Shown: positions 1 through 8,684 of the stretch, in pieces
Layout: each line of letters begins with the position of its first letter
Numbering within the stretch: the first letter of the stretch is position 1
Translations under genes and position numbers: made by a program
Assembly (NCBI GenBank): GCA_041742355.1
Contig: JBGSIV010000088.1
Location: forward strand, 1 to 49,420
Source of the DNA: Candidatus Zixiibacteriota bacterium
GTDB lineage: Bacteria; Zixibacteria; MSB-5A5; GN15; FEB-12
DNA length: 49,420 nt
Direction: 5' to 3'
The notes under the pieces: generated by a model
Seen by the model: only the letters and a program-made list of their open reading frames with translations
What the model was told of the DNA's origin: nothing
The model's database searches: none

Positions 1-2
1 CG

Positions 3-170
3 GTGTGGTGTCAGGCGGGGGCGCCTCACACCACAGAGGGGCGGGGGCGCCTGACACCACGGACTGACGCTCCGAACATTCTCTTCGTGGGGTGTCAGGC
101 GGGGTCGCCTGACACCACGGAGAGGCGGGGTCGCATGACACCACCGACTGACGCCGCGAACACTCTTTCT
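3..170. repeat. Tandem ~84-bp duplication made of GTGGTGTCAGG-N-CCTGACACCAC palindromes (family F)
   Basis: Two near-identical units starting at ~3 and ~87, each with a gtgtcaggcgggg(g/t)cgcct(c/g)acaccac hairpin plus a half copy. Confidence 0.8.
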
Positions 171-353
171 TACATATACCGGGGGGTCCGGGCAATCTCC
201 ATCAGAAGTGGAATGAAAGTGTGCAGATTCGACGGCGATGCGTTATCGCGGGAGGGAGTCAATTTATGGAGGGGATGGGAGTTAACATTTCGGTCGCCGA
301 AAGAGAGGATTTTCAAAGGTCGGGAATTGGGGATCGGTGTGGATCGCTGTCGA

Positions 354-441
354 GTCAGGCTGCAAGCAGCCTGACCTACAGGGCTGTGATCCATGTGACC
401 GGTTCATACCTCGGGATCCCACAGCAAGCTGTGGGCGACCC
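354..441 (-). repeat. REP-like pair: GTAG-type palindrome (354-379) and CCCACAGC-TT-GCTGTGGG hairpin (415-441, family A)
   Basis: 354-379 is identical to 22995-23020; 415-441 is the reverse complement of 2248-2274. Confidence 0.85.
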
Positions 442-468
442 GGTAACTCGTTGAGGCTTGCGAATCCT

Positions 469-2031
469 CTACTTCGATGGTTTGCGGATCACATCGAGGA
501 GGGTCCCGTCACGCCACTCTATCACATGCACGACATCGCCGGTTGGTTCGGGAGTGGTCGGGATTGTCCCGAATTCCTGCGCCTTTTCGATCGACTTCCG
601 GTGCAGTTCCTCGATCGTGACCAGCTTCACCCCGTGCTGCTTCCCACAGTCGAGGATCGAGTCTTTGTATTTGCTCCTGCTGGCCGGATTCACCGCCGCG
701 TACTCCTCGGTCACCACGACATCGATCACTTCGCCCGGCGTGGTTTTCGTGTAGACGCGGTCGACGACTTTCGGGAATCCCTTGCCGTCTTTTCCGGTCG
801 CCAGCGGCATGAAGATGATCGTGAGATCCGCCCCGGCCGCGACATCCTGTCCCCCGCCGATCCCGCCGATAATCCGCCCACCCGCGCAGACCGTGTTGAG
901 GTTGAACTCCCGGTCGATTTCGAGAGTCGAGAGGACCGCGAGGTCGAGCATGTTCACCGCCGCCTCTTTGTTCGCCACCGAGGCATAGAACGCAGTCGTG
1001 ATTTCGTGATGCCGGGGGTTGTTCAGCATCGATTCGAACATCCGCGCGCTCGGCTCGAACAACTGGCCGTGCATGAGCTGGTAGAGCGTCCCCTCCTCGA
1101 GCATGTCGACATGCAGGGAGGTCACGCCGCCGATCGAGAAGTTGGCGCGGACCTTCATCTCTTTGAGCATCGCCCGGATATTCTCCAGCACCAGCAACCC
1201 TGCCCCCGAGCCGACCTGGAAGCTGAAATCGTCTTTGACAATTCCGGCGGCTTTGATCACGCGGGTAATGTTGTCACCGACCTGCGCGTTGAAGGGGTTT
1301 TGACGGGCCTTGTTCATATCGAGCGTACCCGACCCGATTCCCGAGTTGAGACCAGGGTCATCGACCTTGACCACAAAGTCGACCCGCTCCATGGTGATCG
1401 GTGTCGGCATCACGACTGTGGCGCTCACTGTCCCGGCAAGGAGGCAGACGTACTCGGCGTAGTCCATGTCGGCGTCGAACAAGCCGACCGGCCCGCACAA
1501 GTGTTCCGGCTTGCCCAGGAGGCCGTTGGCGTTCCCCCACTGATCGGCAATCGGCACCGGCCCGAAGGCAACCCGCAGTTCGACCTCCCCGGTCTGGAGC
1601 TTGCGCACCCTGTCGCCGTGGGAGAAACCGACGCCCACCCAGGGGAGCAGTTCCCCTTTGGTCACATTGCTGCCGAGTGATTTGTAGACGTTGCCGTAGA
1701 CGCCGCCGACCACGCCGTCGCGGACAGCTTCGATCAGCCAGGGGTCGACATGGTCGAAAAAGGCGTTCCCGTAGATCTTGATATTCCGCTTCTTGTGTTC
1801 CCGCAACTTATCGACTACGAGCTTGAGGCCTTTGTCGCCGGTCCGGTAGTAGTGCGGATATGAGATCGTGTCGCCGTCGCGGATGACATCCATTACCGTG
1901 TCGAGCGTGACAACTTTGCTGGTGCGGTGGGGGATGTGTTTCGCGTGCCAGTGCCCGACCAGGCGCCGGTTGTAGTCCCGATCGGAAAACGCCCCGCTGA
2001 AGGGTTGGTATTCTCGGCCGTTGTATTTCAC
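469..2031 (-). CDS. citF: Citrate lyase alpha subunit / citrate CoA-transferase (CitF family)
   Basis: 520 aa; CitF-like segments DGDTISYPHYYRTGD, DQWGNANG, FSFQVGSG, GGIGGGQDVAAGA, TTPGEVIDVVVTE, IEWRDGTLLDVIR; AAGGAG SD upstream of a TTG start. Confidence 0.85.
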   Translation of the reverse strand: MKYNGREYQPFSGAFSDRDYNRRLVGHWHAKHIPHRTSKVVTLDTVMDVIRDGDTISYPHYYRTGDKGLKLVVDKLREHKKRNIKIYGNAFFDHVDPWLIEAVRDGVVGGVYGNVYKSLGSNVTKGELLPWVGVGFSHGDRVRKLQTGEVELRVAFGPVPIADQWGNANGLLGKPEHLCGPVGLFDADMDYAEYVCLLAGTVSATVVMPTPITMERVDFVVKVDDPGLNSGIGSGTLDMNKARQNPFNAQVGDNITRVIKAAGIVKDDFSFQVGSGAGLLVLENIRAMLKEMKVRANFSIGGVTSLHVDMLEEGTLYQLMHGQLFEPSARMFESMLNNPRHHEITTAFYASVANKEAAVNMLDLAVLSTLEIDREFNLNTVCAGGRIIGGIGGGQDVAAGADLTIIFMPLATGKDGKGFPKVVDRVYTKTTPGEVIDVVVTEEYAAVNPASRSKYKDSILDCGKQHGVKLVTIEELHRKSIEKAQEFGTIPTTPEPTGDVVHVIEWRDGTLLDVIRKPSK

Positions 2032-2189
2032 AAGACTCTCCTTATTTCGAACAGATCGATCAACGGCGAAAGGGTAATGCCGTTAGGGCGAAAAGTCAAC
2101 TGGTGCAAAGGGTCGATGATTGGTATTATGGTGATTGGTGATTTCATGAATGCAGGTCGGGTGTCGAGAAGCGGAGTGCCGAGAAGACG

Positions 2190-2557
2190 GGGCAGATGTG
2201 GACATCTGCCGCGCACGTGAAAGACGAAGAGTAATGATCGCGTGGGCGGGTCGCCCACAGCTTGCTGTGGGATCGGCGAATGCCAAATTGACCGATCAAC
2301 TAAACGAACGGTAGACTGAGTCATTGCGAGCGCAGCGAAGCAATCTCTCCCGGTAGGTCAAACACGGCTTTGCGTGGTTGACGCAGAAGAAGACAAGACT
2401 GGATCCCGGATTCCGCCGGGATGACAGCATCTGAACGCCGGGATGACAGCATCTGAACGAATGGTGTAAACCAACGTCAGGACCATAAAGGCCCTGACAT
2501 TGACCCAAACCGACCCCTTGACCTTTCAAGTGTCACCCTGAGCGTAGTCGAAGGGTG
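2190..2557. repeat. Mosaic array of REP-like palindromes (families G, A, D, B', C, B, E) with an internal 22-bp tandem duplication
   Basis: gcagatgtggacatctgc (~2193), A 2248-2274, gtcattgcgagcgcagcgaagcaatc 2320-2345, gtaggtcaaacac...gttgac 2353-2382, ggatcccgg...ccgggatgac 2401-2425, 2x22 bp at 2414-2457, gtcaggac...cctgac 2476-2498, gtcaccctgagcgtagtcgaagggtg 2532-2557. Confidence 0.85.
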
Positions 2558-2578
2558 CGCTACTGAACGTAAAACACC

Positions 2579-4249
2579 ATGGAATACCTGCGCGGCGAAC
2601 ATATCAGCTTCCGGTACGAGACCCAGTCGGAATCGCTGCTAACCGACGTCTCCTTCTCGCTCGACCGCGCCGCCCGGGTCGGCCTGATCGGCAACAACGG
2701 ATCCGGCAAAACCACGCTCATCGCCCTCATTCGCGGTGAACTGATACCGAGCCAGGGCCACATCACGATCCGTCCCGACAGCCGTATCGGCTTCCTCCCG
2801 CAGGAGGTTGCATTCGAGGAGACGATCGCGGTCACCGATTATCTCTGGTCGGCCCGCCCGGAGATTGACCCGCTGCGACAAAAAATGAAGGCTGCAGATC
2901 AGGCGTCGGTCGAATACGCCGAACTGGTGGCCTCGTTCTACGACGCCGGCGGCGGTGTTACTGAGGCCGCGATCGAGAAGCTGCTCGACGGGTTCCGCCT
3001 CCATCGGTCGGTCGGCGCGCGCTCCCTCCACCTTTTGTCGGGCGGCGAGAAGACCAAAGTCGCGCTGGCCCGACTGCTTCTGGTCGAGCCGGATATCCTC
3101 ATTCTCGATGAACCGACCAATCATCTCGAGATTGCCGCTCTCGAATGGCTGGAATCCTACCTGCAAACGCTGACCGCGCCGTATATCGTGATCAGCCACG
3201 ACCGCCGTTTCCTCGACACCTGCACCAATGAAATCTGGGAGCTGGCCGACAACACGCTGACGGTTTTCTCCGGCAACTATTCGTTCTATCGGGAGGCCAA
3301 AGATACGGACCGTCGCCGCCGCCAGGCGCAGTATGACCGCGCCCAGCAGAAAGCCCGTCAACTGCGCGAGGCGGCCGCCGCCAAGCGGGCTGAGTCTGAG
3401 CGAGTCGAAAAATTCAAGCCGAAGCGGTCGGTGAGCAAGAAAGGGAGTATTCAGAAGCGCGATGCCGGCTCGGGGCGCAGCCAGGCCAATTCATCGAACG
3501 CAATGCGCACAGCAACATCGCTGGAACGCCGCCTGAAAGCGCTGCTCCAAAAAGCGCAGGAGGAGAAGCCGTTTATCGAGAAAGAGCGCCGCATCACGAT
3601 TGAGACCGACCCGGTCGCCAATCCGATGCCGCTTCTGGTGGAGAACCTGAAGCACCGGTTCGGCGATCAGACTGTGCTCGACGACCTCTCCTTCTCCCTG
3701 CGGAACCGCTCCCGCCTCGGGCTGATCGGCCCCAATGGTTCGGGCAAATCAACTCTGCTGAAAATCCTTGCCGGGGTACTGGCACCGACCGGCGGCACGT
3801 ACCGCTGGGCGCCCGAGATCCGGATCGGTTATTTCTCGCAGGAGCACGAGACACTCGATCCCCGCGCGACTATCCTCGACGAGGTCTTACAGGGCCGCCT
3901 CGCGGAGCAGACGCAGGCGCGGATTATCCTTGGCGGTCTGGGACTGCGGCGCGACAAGGTTCTCCAGCTGATCGCGACGCTCTCTCTGGGGGAGCGGAGC
4001 AAAACCGCACTGGCCAGAGTCCTTTTCTCCCGTGCGAATGTCCTGCTCCTGGACGAGCCGACGAACCACCTGGAGCTTTCGGCCCGGGAGGCGCTTGAAG
4101 AGGCTTTGGCCGACTACGAGGGGACTCTTCTCCTGGCTTCGCATGATCGGTATCTGCTGGAGCGGATCACGACCGGGATCCTTGACCTGGAAACGGGCCG
4201 GTTTTATGATGGCGGGTATAGTGAGTTTATAGGCCGAGGTCGCGAGTAA
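2579..4249 (+). CDS. ABC-F family ATPase (ribosome-associated, possibly ribosomal-protection type)
   Basis: Two ABC domains (GNNGSGKT, LSGGEK, LILDEPTNHLE; GPNGSGKS, LSLGER, LLLDEPTNHLE), no TM segments, long basic interdomain linker. Confidence 0.9.
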   Translation: MEYLRGEHISFRYETQSESLLTDVSFSLDRAARVGLIGNNGSGKTTLIALIRGELIPSQGHITIRPDSRIGFLPQEVAFEETIAVTDYLWSARPEIDPLRQKMKAADQASVEYAELVASFYDAGGGVTEAAIEKLLDGFRLHRSVGARSLHLLSGGEKTKVALARLLLVEPDILILDEPTNHLEIAALEWLESYLQTLTAPYIVISHDRRFLDTCTNEIWELADNTLTVFSGNYSFYREAKDTDRRRRQAQYDRAQQKARQLREAAAAKRAESERVEKFKPKRSVSKKGSIQKRDAGSGRSQANSSNAMRTATSLERRLKALLQKAQEEKPFIEKERRITIETDPVANPMPLLVENLKHRFGDQTVLDDLSFSLRNRSRLGLIGPNGSGKSTLLKILAGVLAPTGGTYRWAPEIRIGYFSQEHETLDPRATILDEVLQGRLAEQTQARIILGGLGLRRDKVLQLIATLSLGERSKTALARVLFSRANVLLLDEPTNHLELSAREALEEALADYEGTLLLASHDRYLLERITTGILDLETGRFYDGGYSEFIGRGRE

Positions 4250-4281
4250 CCCGGAGCTTGCGGTGGGATCCTGATATGCAA

Positions 4282-4321
4282 ATAGCGGCGGGAACCGGGT
4301 GACTCCCGCCGCTATCATTTT
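4282..4321. terminator. Probable bidirectional intrinsic terminator
   Basis: atagcggcgggaaccgggtgactcccgccgctat stem between convergent genes, with A-rich left and T-rich right flanks. Confidence 0.55.
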
Positions 4322-4334
4322 GCCAGCCGCGCCC

Positions 4335-4553
4335 CTAGAACACCCGTGCTTTGATCCGCTCCCAACGGCTCGCCGGTCGGGTGGTCACTCCCACCAGCGG
4401 ATACACCAAACTCCGACCGGTCACCGCGCTCACCAGCACCGGCAGACCGAGCAGCGCCCACAGTGTTCTCGGCCCCCAGAACAACATCGACACAATGAAC
4501 AGCCCGATTCCGCCCTGAATCTTGCGATCTGTATTGCCCATGTTCATCCGCAT
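4335..4553 (-). CDS. DUF2892 / YgaP-like small inner-membrane protein, copy 1
   Basis: NMGNTDRKIQ...two TM helices...SAVTGRSLVYPLVGVTT matches the NxGxxDR...CxxYxxxGxxT family pattern; CAGGAGG SD before ATG 4553. Confidence 0.8.
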   Translation of the reverse strand: MRMNMGNTDRKIQGGIGLFIVSMLFWGPRTLWALLGLPVLVSAVTGRSLVYPLVGVTTRPASRWERIKARVF

Positions 4554-4587
4554 TATTCCCTCCTGAGTATACGAGTTTCCCCCTTCC

Positions 4588-4615
4588 TGCAACCTCGGGC
4601 CGGATCCCGAAGTTC
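4588..4615 (-). promoter_or_regulatory. Putative ECF-sigma promoter GAACTT-N16-GTTGCA
   Basis: Both boxes are conserved in the paralogous upstream region 4988-5015 while the spacer has diverged. Confidence 0.6.
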
Positions 4616-4738
4616 GCGGGGCCGTCGACTCGGGGCAATTCGGTCGCCTTGAGTATGCCAGACAACGGCTTAGGCCGCTCGGTGGTCTCCAGGAAATCCT
4701 GCTATCGCTGGGGCGATATCATCCTGGCAGAGTGGCCT

Positions 4739-4954
4739 TCACCACACCCGGGCCTTGATCCGCTCCCACCGGCTCGGCCGCGTCGTCACCCCCACCAGCG
4801 GATACACGACGCACCGCCCGGTCACTGCCCCGATAATCACCGGCAGCCCCAGCAACGCCCAAAGCGTTTTTGGTCCCCAGAACAACATCGACAGGATAAG
4901 CGCCCCTACCCCCATGCGTATCTTGCGGTCGGTGTCACCCATGTTCTTGTGCAT
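4739..4954 (-). CDS. DUF2892 / YgaP-like small inner-membrane protein, copy 2
   Basis: MHKNMGDTDRKIR...GAVTGRCVVYPLVGVTT; close paralog of 4335-4553; CAGGAGG SD. Confidence 0.85.
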   Translation of the reverse strand: MHKNMGDTDRKIRMGVGALILSMLFWGPKTLWALLGLPVIIGAVTGRCVVYPLVGVTTRPSRWERIKARVW

Positions 4955-4987
4955 AATTCCCTCCTGAATCTGAACATCTCCCCTTCC

Positions 4988-5015
4988 TGCAACCCCCGCA
5001 GCGCCCCGCAAGTTC
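4988..5015 (-). promoter_or_regulatory. Putative ECF-sigma promoter GAACTT-N16-GTTGCA
   Basis: Same two boxes and 16-nt spacing as 4588-4615. Confidence 0.6.
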
Positions 5016-5027
5016 GCTCAGTCCCCC

Positions 5028-5546
5028 CTACCTCGGCCGTCCCATCAGCTCCCATGCGGCTTTGGTCGCGAACGCTTTGGGTGACAACGCCCGATCCACC
5101 GCCAGGATTCCATTTAGATGATCGATCTCGTGCTGCAGCAGTTCCGACAGATCCCCTGTCGCATCAAGCAGGTGCGTGTGCCCGGCCAGATCTCCATAGG
5201 TGACCCGAATTCGCTCCGCCCGCGACACCCGCACCAGCAGATCCGGGAAACTGAAGCAGTTGTCCCACAGCTCCACCCGGTTGTCGCTTTGCCACACGAT
5301 CTGCGGATTGATCATGGGGCCGTCGAAACTCCCGTCGGTCATGCGCACGTATATGACGCGTTTCGTAACCCCGATCTGGGGCGCCGCAATTCCGCGCCCG
5401 AATCCGTTCGCGGTGCGAAAGGCGGCCAGGGTGTCGTCGAGATCCCTGATTAGCGCAGACAATCCATCCTCGCCGACCGACTCCACGGGGGCACACTCGG
5501 CCCACAGGATCGGATTCCCCAGTTGTATGATCTCCCGTACCGCCAT
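5028..5546 (-). CDS. def: Peptide deformylase (variant motif 2)
   Basis: GRGIAAPQIG, DNCFS (in place of EGCLS), QHEIDHLNG. Confidence 0.88.
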   Translation of the reverse strand: MAVREIIQLGNPILWAECAPVESVGEDGLSALIRDLDDTLAAFRTANGFGRGIAAPQIGVTKRVIYVRMTDGSFDGPMINPQIVWQSDNRVELWDNCFSFPDLLVRVSRAERIRVTYGDLAGHTHLLDATGDLSELLQHEIDHLNGILAVDRALSPKAFATKAAWELMGRPR

Positions 5547-5685
5547 CGCCTGCCTTTCGCCTTAATCGCTCTATGTGGGAGCACCCCACCGTTCAGGGCC
5601 ATCGGGCCATCTCGTCTTCGCTGCCCAAAACATACGGAAAGTGCCGTCTCCGGGGAAGCGCTGCTTGCCGATCCCGGCAGATGGA

Positions 5686-5725
5686 CAAAAAAGGAGGCGC
5701 GAGGTTTTTCACCCGGCGCCTCTTC
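5686..5725 (-). terminator. Probable intrinsic terminator of the 5763-6371 gene
   Basis: gaggcgc...gcgcctc stem followed by a T-run on the minus strand (A-run at 5687-5692 on +). Confidence 0.45.
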
Positions 5726-5762
5726 ACGTTCATGCCGCAGACAACGTTATCGGTTACTCCCC

Positions 5763-6371
5763 CTACAACCACTCCATGTGCGCGAGCGCCGGGATTTCGT
5801 CTTTCATCTGGCGCCCCACCTCTTCCCAGCGTTCCATCTGGTCCTCGAGGACTTCGGCCCGTGCTTCGAGTTTCTCGGCCTCGGCCTCGATCTTGTCCGC
5901 CTCGGCTTCCATTTCGACGTCGAGATCCTCCTCGTCATACGACGTGAGGAGCATCTTGAACACGCAACCGACCGCCTGGAGACCGAGTTTCGCCCCCTTG
6001 ACGCCGATCTTGAGCCCCTCCTTGGCGATCGCTTTCGCCTCGCTGCGGATCCCGAAGCTCAGCTGGTAGAATTCCTGCACCGTCTTGCGCTGGTCGACAT
6101 CGAGCGGGATCTCCTCGTCATCGAGGTACATCTTGTAGTCCTCGGTGATCCGTATTTCCTCGCGCGGCGATTCGAGGTGCGAGAGGATGATCTCATCCTT
6201 GTCGATCTCGAACCGGGCGTCGTCCACCTCAAATGAGCTGAAGCTTTTGAAGGTGATCTCGCGGTGATCGGCGTGGTGGAATCTCGCCCCATGGTCATTG
6301 TCATGGTCCGCTTCGATCGGGACAGCGGCCACGACCATCGCCGTCGCGGCCACAGCAAACAGGTGTACCAT
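5763..6371 (-). CDS. Exported YggN/DUF2884-like protein
   Basis: Signal peptide MVHLFAVAATAMVVAA; ITEDYKMYLDDEEIPLDVDQR and coiled-coil EAEADKIEAEAEKLEARAE; GGAGGAGG SD before ATG 6371. Confidence 0.65.
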   Translation of the reverse strand: MVHLFAVAATAMVVAAVPIEADHDNDHGARFHHADHREITFKSFSSFEVDDARFEIDKDEIILSHLESPREEIRITEDYKMYLDDEEIPLDVDQRKTVQEFYQLSFGIRSEAKAIAKEGLKIGVKGAKLGLQAVGCVFKMLLTSYDEEDLDVEMEAEADKIEAEAEKLEARAEVLEDQMERWEEVGRQMKDEIPALAHMEWL

Positions 6372-6413
6372 CGGTCCTCCTCCGGTCCTTGCATTCGGCA
6401 ATTTACAGGGATA

Positions 6414-6439
6414 TACGTGCGGCCATGGCCGATGTTTCA
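6414..6439 (-). promoter_or_regulatory. Putative ECF-sigma promoter TGAAAC-N16-CGTA (SigW-like consensus)
   Basis: Exact TGAAAC-16 nt-CGTA on the minus strand ~43 nt upstream of ATG 6371. Confidence 0.6.
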
Positions 6440-6470
6440 CTCCCCGATTCAGTGGAGTCCGTATCCGCGA

Positions 6471-7004
6471 CTAGGCGAAAAACGACCCGTTGCCCCGGTG
6501 CTTTTTCCGGAACGCCCCGATTTCCTGCCCGGCCAAGTCGTCGACGATGCCCCTCACCCACAGGTGGACCAGCCGATCCTGGGCGTCCACCGACACCACC
6601 ACTTCGTCGGCCAGGTAGTAGTTGCGCTCCGGAGGATTCTCCGAAAACGCCAGTCGCACGGTCGTGCGGTCGGCGCTCGCGAGTATTGTCGGATCGTTCG
6701 TGGTTGCGCGGAAATCCAGCCACCGGATATCGGCTGGTTCGGCCACCGCCGGCGGCAGGAGTCCGTCGCCGGCCACCGGCCACTGGCGGCGGGCCACCGC
6801 CAGTTCGAAGAAGATCAGCCGCCCCTCTTTGTCCAGGTCGAATCGGATCTGCTCCCCCTCCACATACGAGAAAAACTGGCGGCGGGCCGAGTACAGCCCC
6901 ACCTGCACATACAGTGCATCCTCTTCCAGTTGATAAAAACCCCGGCCGGGCGGTATTGGCCCGGTCGGGGTTGAAATGCGAAACCGTATGGAGTCTGCCG
7001 GCAT
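6471..7004 (-). CDS. Hypothetical protein, possibly tandem DUF2283-like domains, last gene of the tol-pal operon
   Basis: YQLEEDALYVQVG...IRFDLDKEGRLIFFEL and VVVSVDAQDRLVHLWV; starts 2 nt after the cpoB stop. Confidence 0.65.
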   Translation of the reverse strand: MPADSIRFRISTPTGPIPPGRGFYQLEEDALYVQVGLYSARRQFFSYVEGEQIRFDLDKEGRLIFFELAVARRQWPVAGDGLLPPAVAEPADIRWLDFRATTNDPTILASADRTTVRLAFSENPPERNYYLADEVVVSVDAQDRLVHLWVRGIVDDLAGQEIGAFRKKHRGNGSFFA

Positions 7005-7006
7005 GG

Positions 7007-7795
7007 TTACAGCGACTTGAGCCGCTCCTTCGCCTGCTCTGCCTCAAGCGTTCCGGCGTGGTCCGCGACCAGCTTCTGGAATGTCGTCTTGGCATCTTTC
7101 TTCTTGCCCAATTCCTCCTGCGACCGGCCCAGTTTGAACAGCGCCCGGGCGGTGTTGGAGGAGGCCTTGAAGTTCTTCAGCAGTTGATCGAGCTGCTCGA
7201 TCGCTTCGGCATACTTGCCCAGCGAGTAGTACGATTCGCCGATCCAGTAGTGGGCGTTCTCCGCCAACTGGTGGTTGGGGCAGCTCCCGAGGAACCGGTT
7301 GAATTCCTCGATCGCCTTGTCGTACTCGGCGCGGCGCATGAGCACGAACGCATCGTCGTAGATCTGCGTGCACTCGGCGTCCGCCTCCGCCATAGCCGGC
7401 GGGACATTCGGTGTCGTCGTGGTGTTTCCCTGTGGCACGGCACCGGGTGTCGACCGCAGCTGCCCCTTCTTCTCCAGTGCATCGTACAGCTGATCGATCC
7501 GCTGCAGGAGATCCACGTAGCTTGACTGCAGTTGCGATATCTGCATCTCCAGCTGATCGATCGTCACCGACATATCGGCGCGAAGGCGGCGGCTCTCGGT
7601 AGCCTCGGTCGCCACGGTCGTGTCGATATTGCGGAGCAGCTTATGGGACTGCTCGTTCTGCTGCTGCGTGACCTTGACCTGTTCTTCGAGCGCGTCGATG
7701 CGCGCCGGCGTCACACAGCCGCCCAGCCCGAGTCCCAGCGCCACCACCGCCAGCCCGAGGGCTGCGGCGATGTATCGTCTGTTATGCGTCAACAT
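7007..7795 (-). CDS. cpoB: Tol-Pal system protein CpoB/YbgF (lipoprotein signal, coiled coil, TPR)
   Basis: LGGC lipobox, N-terminal coiled coil, ENAHYWIGESYY and ALFKLGRS TPR motifs; directly after pal. Confidence 0.9.
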   Translation of the reverse strand: MLTHNRRYIAAALGLAVVALGLGLGGCVTPARIDALEEQVKVTQQQNEQSHKLLRNIDTTVATEATESRRLRADMSVTIDQLEMQISQLQSSYVDLLQRIDQLYDALEKKGQLRSTPGAVPQGNTTTTPNVPPAMAEADAECTQIYDDAFVLMRRAEYDKAIEEFNRFLGSCPNHQLAENAHYWIGESYYSLGKYAEAIEQLDQLLKNFKASSNTARALFKLGRSQEELGKKKDAKTTFQKLVADHAGTLEAEQAKERLKSL

Positions 7796-7819
7796 TCTCC
7801 GTTACCGTCCGTTTCTCCG

Positions 7820-8332
7820 TTACTGGGAAACCACGCGGAATTCGGCGCGGCGGTTCTTCGACCACGCGCTCTCATCATGACCCGGAACGGCCGGGCGCTC
7901 TTCGCCGAAGCTCACTGTCTGGAGGCGGTTCGCCGGTACGCCGAGCCCGACCAGGTAGCTCTGTGCCGCTTTCGCGCGGCGCTCGCCGAGAGCCAGGTTG
8001 TATTCGATCGTGCCGCGTTCATCGCAATGACCCTGAATTTCGACCACCGCGCTCTGGAATTCGTTCAGCAGGGCGTAGTTGGCATCCAGCGCCGCCCGGC
8101 CATCGTTGCGAAGATCCGCTTTGTCGAAATCAAAGTACACGGTCTTGAACATGCCGTCCACAATCGACCGGGCTTCAGCCGGCGGCGGCGGAGGCGGAGG
8201 CGGGGTAGCGGTATCGGCCGGGTTGATCGTCTGGGCAACCGGCTCTTCGGTGGCCGGGGCAACCTTCTTGCCGCAACCCACAAGAGCCATCGCCACCAGG
8301 GCGACTAACAGCAGTAGTACAACTTTTCTCAT
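7820..8332 (-). CDS. pal: Peptidoglycan-associated lipoprotein Pal
   Basis: LVGC lipobox; VYFDFDK, GHCDERGTIEYNLALGERRA, SFGEERP, KNRRAEF; AAGGAGG SD before ATG 8332. Confidence 0.96.
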   Translation of the reverse strand: MRKVVLLLLVALVAMALVGCGKKVAPATEEPVAQTINPADTATPPPPPPPPAEARSIVDGMFKTVYFDFDKADLRNDGRAALDANYALLNEFQSAVVEIQGHCDERGTIEYNLALGERRAKAAQSYLVGLGVPANRLQTVSFGEERPAVPGHDESAWSKNRRAEFRVVSQ

Positions 8333-8559
8333 GATGTTTACATCCTCCTTGCGAGAAATACGTATGTAGTGTAGTCTCAATTACTTTTGCAGCCAATCTA
8401 CCCGCAAACCAGATTCCGGTCAACTAAAACCGAAAAAAATTTCCCGTCAGAACCGGTGTCGCAAATTATACACACCCCTGAGCGTACCCGTTCATTTAAC
8501 CCGGCCGATCATGGTCCTTCCGCTCCCCCTACTGGGCCTGTTAAATAAGTCAATAAGTA

Positions 8560-8649
8560 GTCAATGCGAGCGCAGCGAAGCAATCTCTCCTCTGGCCAAG
8601 CTCCTGGTACGAAGAGAGATTGCTTCGTCGCTCCGCTCCTCGCAATGAC
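8560..8649. repeat. Inverted doublet of gtca(t/a)tgcgag...gaagcaatctc palindromes (family D) between tolB and pal
   Basis: gtcaatgcgagcgcagcgaagcaatctc followed by inverted gagattgcttcgtcgctccgctcctcgcaatgac; first copy nearly identical to 2320-2347. Confidence 0.85.
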
Positions 8650-8684
8650 TGCCAACAGCCGCGCTCGGGGTTTTTCAACAAGCC

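Noticed and set aside
3..374. 123-aa ORF with repeated CQAG.P.TTE.RGR.TP
   Set aside because: It is a translation of the tandem palindromic repeat, with no SD or protein-like features.
337..1680. Long antisense ORFs (also 24655-25935, 36563-38422, 40471-41730, 29556-30791, 47313-48311)
   Set aside because: They are shadows of well-supported genes on the opposite strand, as expected in high-GC DNA.
5028..5546. Inactive deformylase because EGCLS is replaced by DNCFS
   Set aside because: The metal-binding Cys and HEXXH are intact, so it is probably a functional variant.
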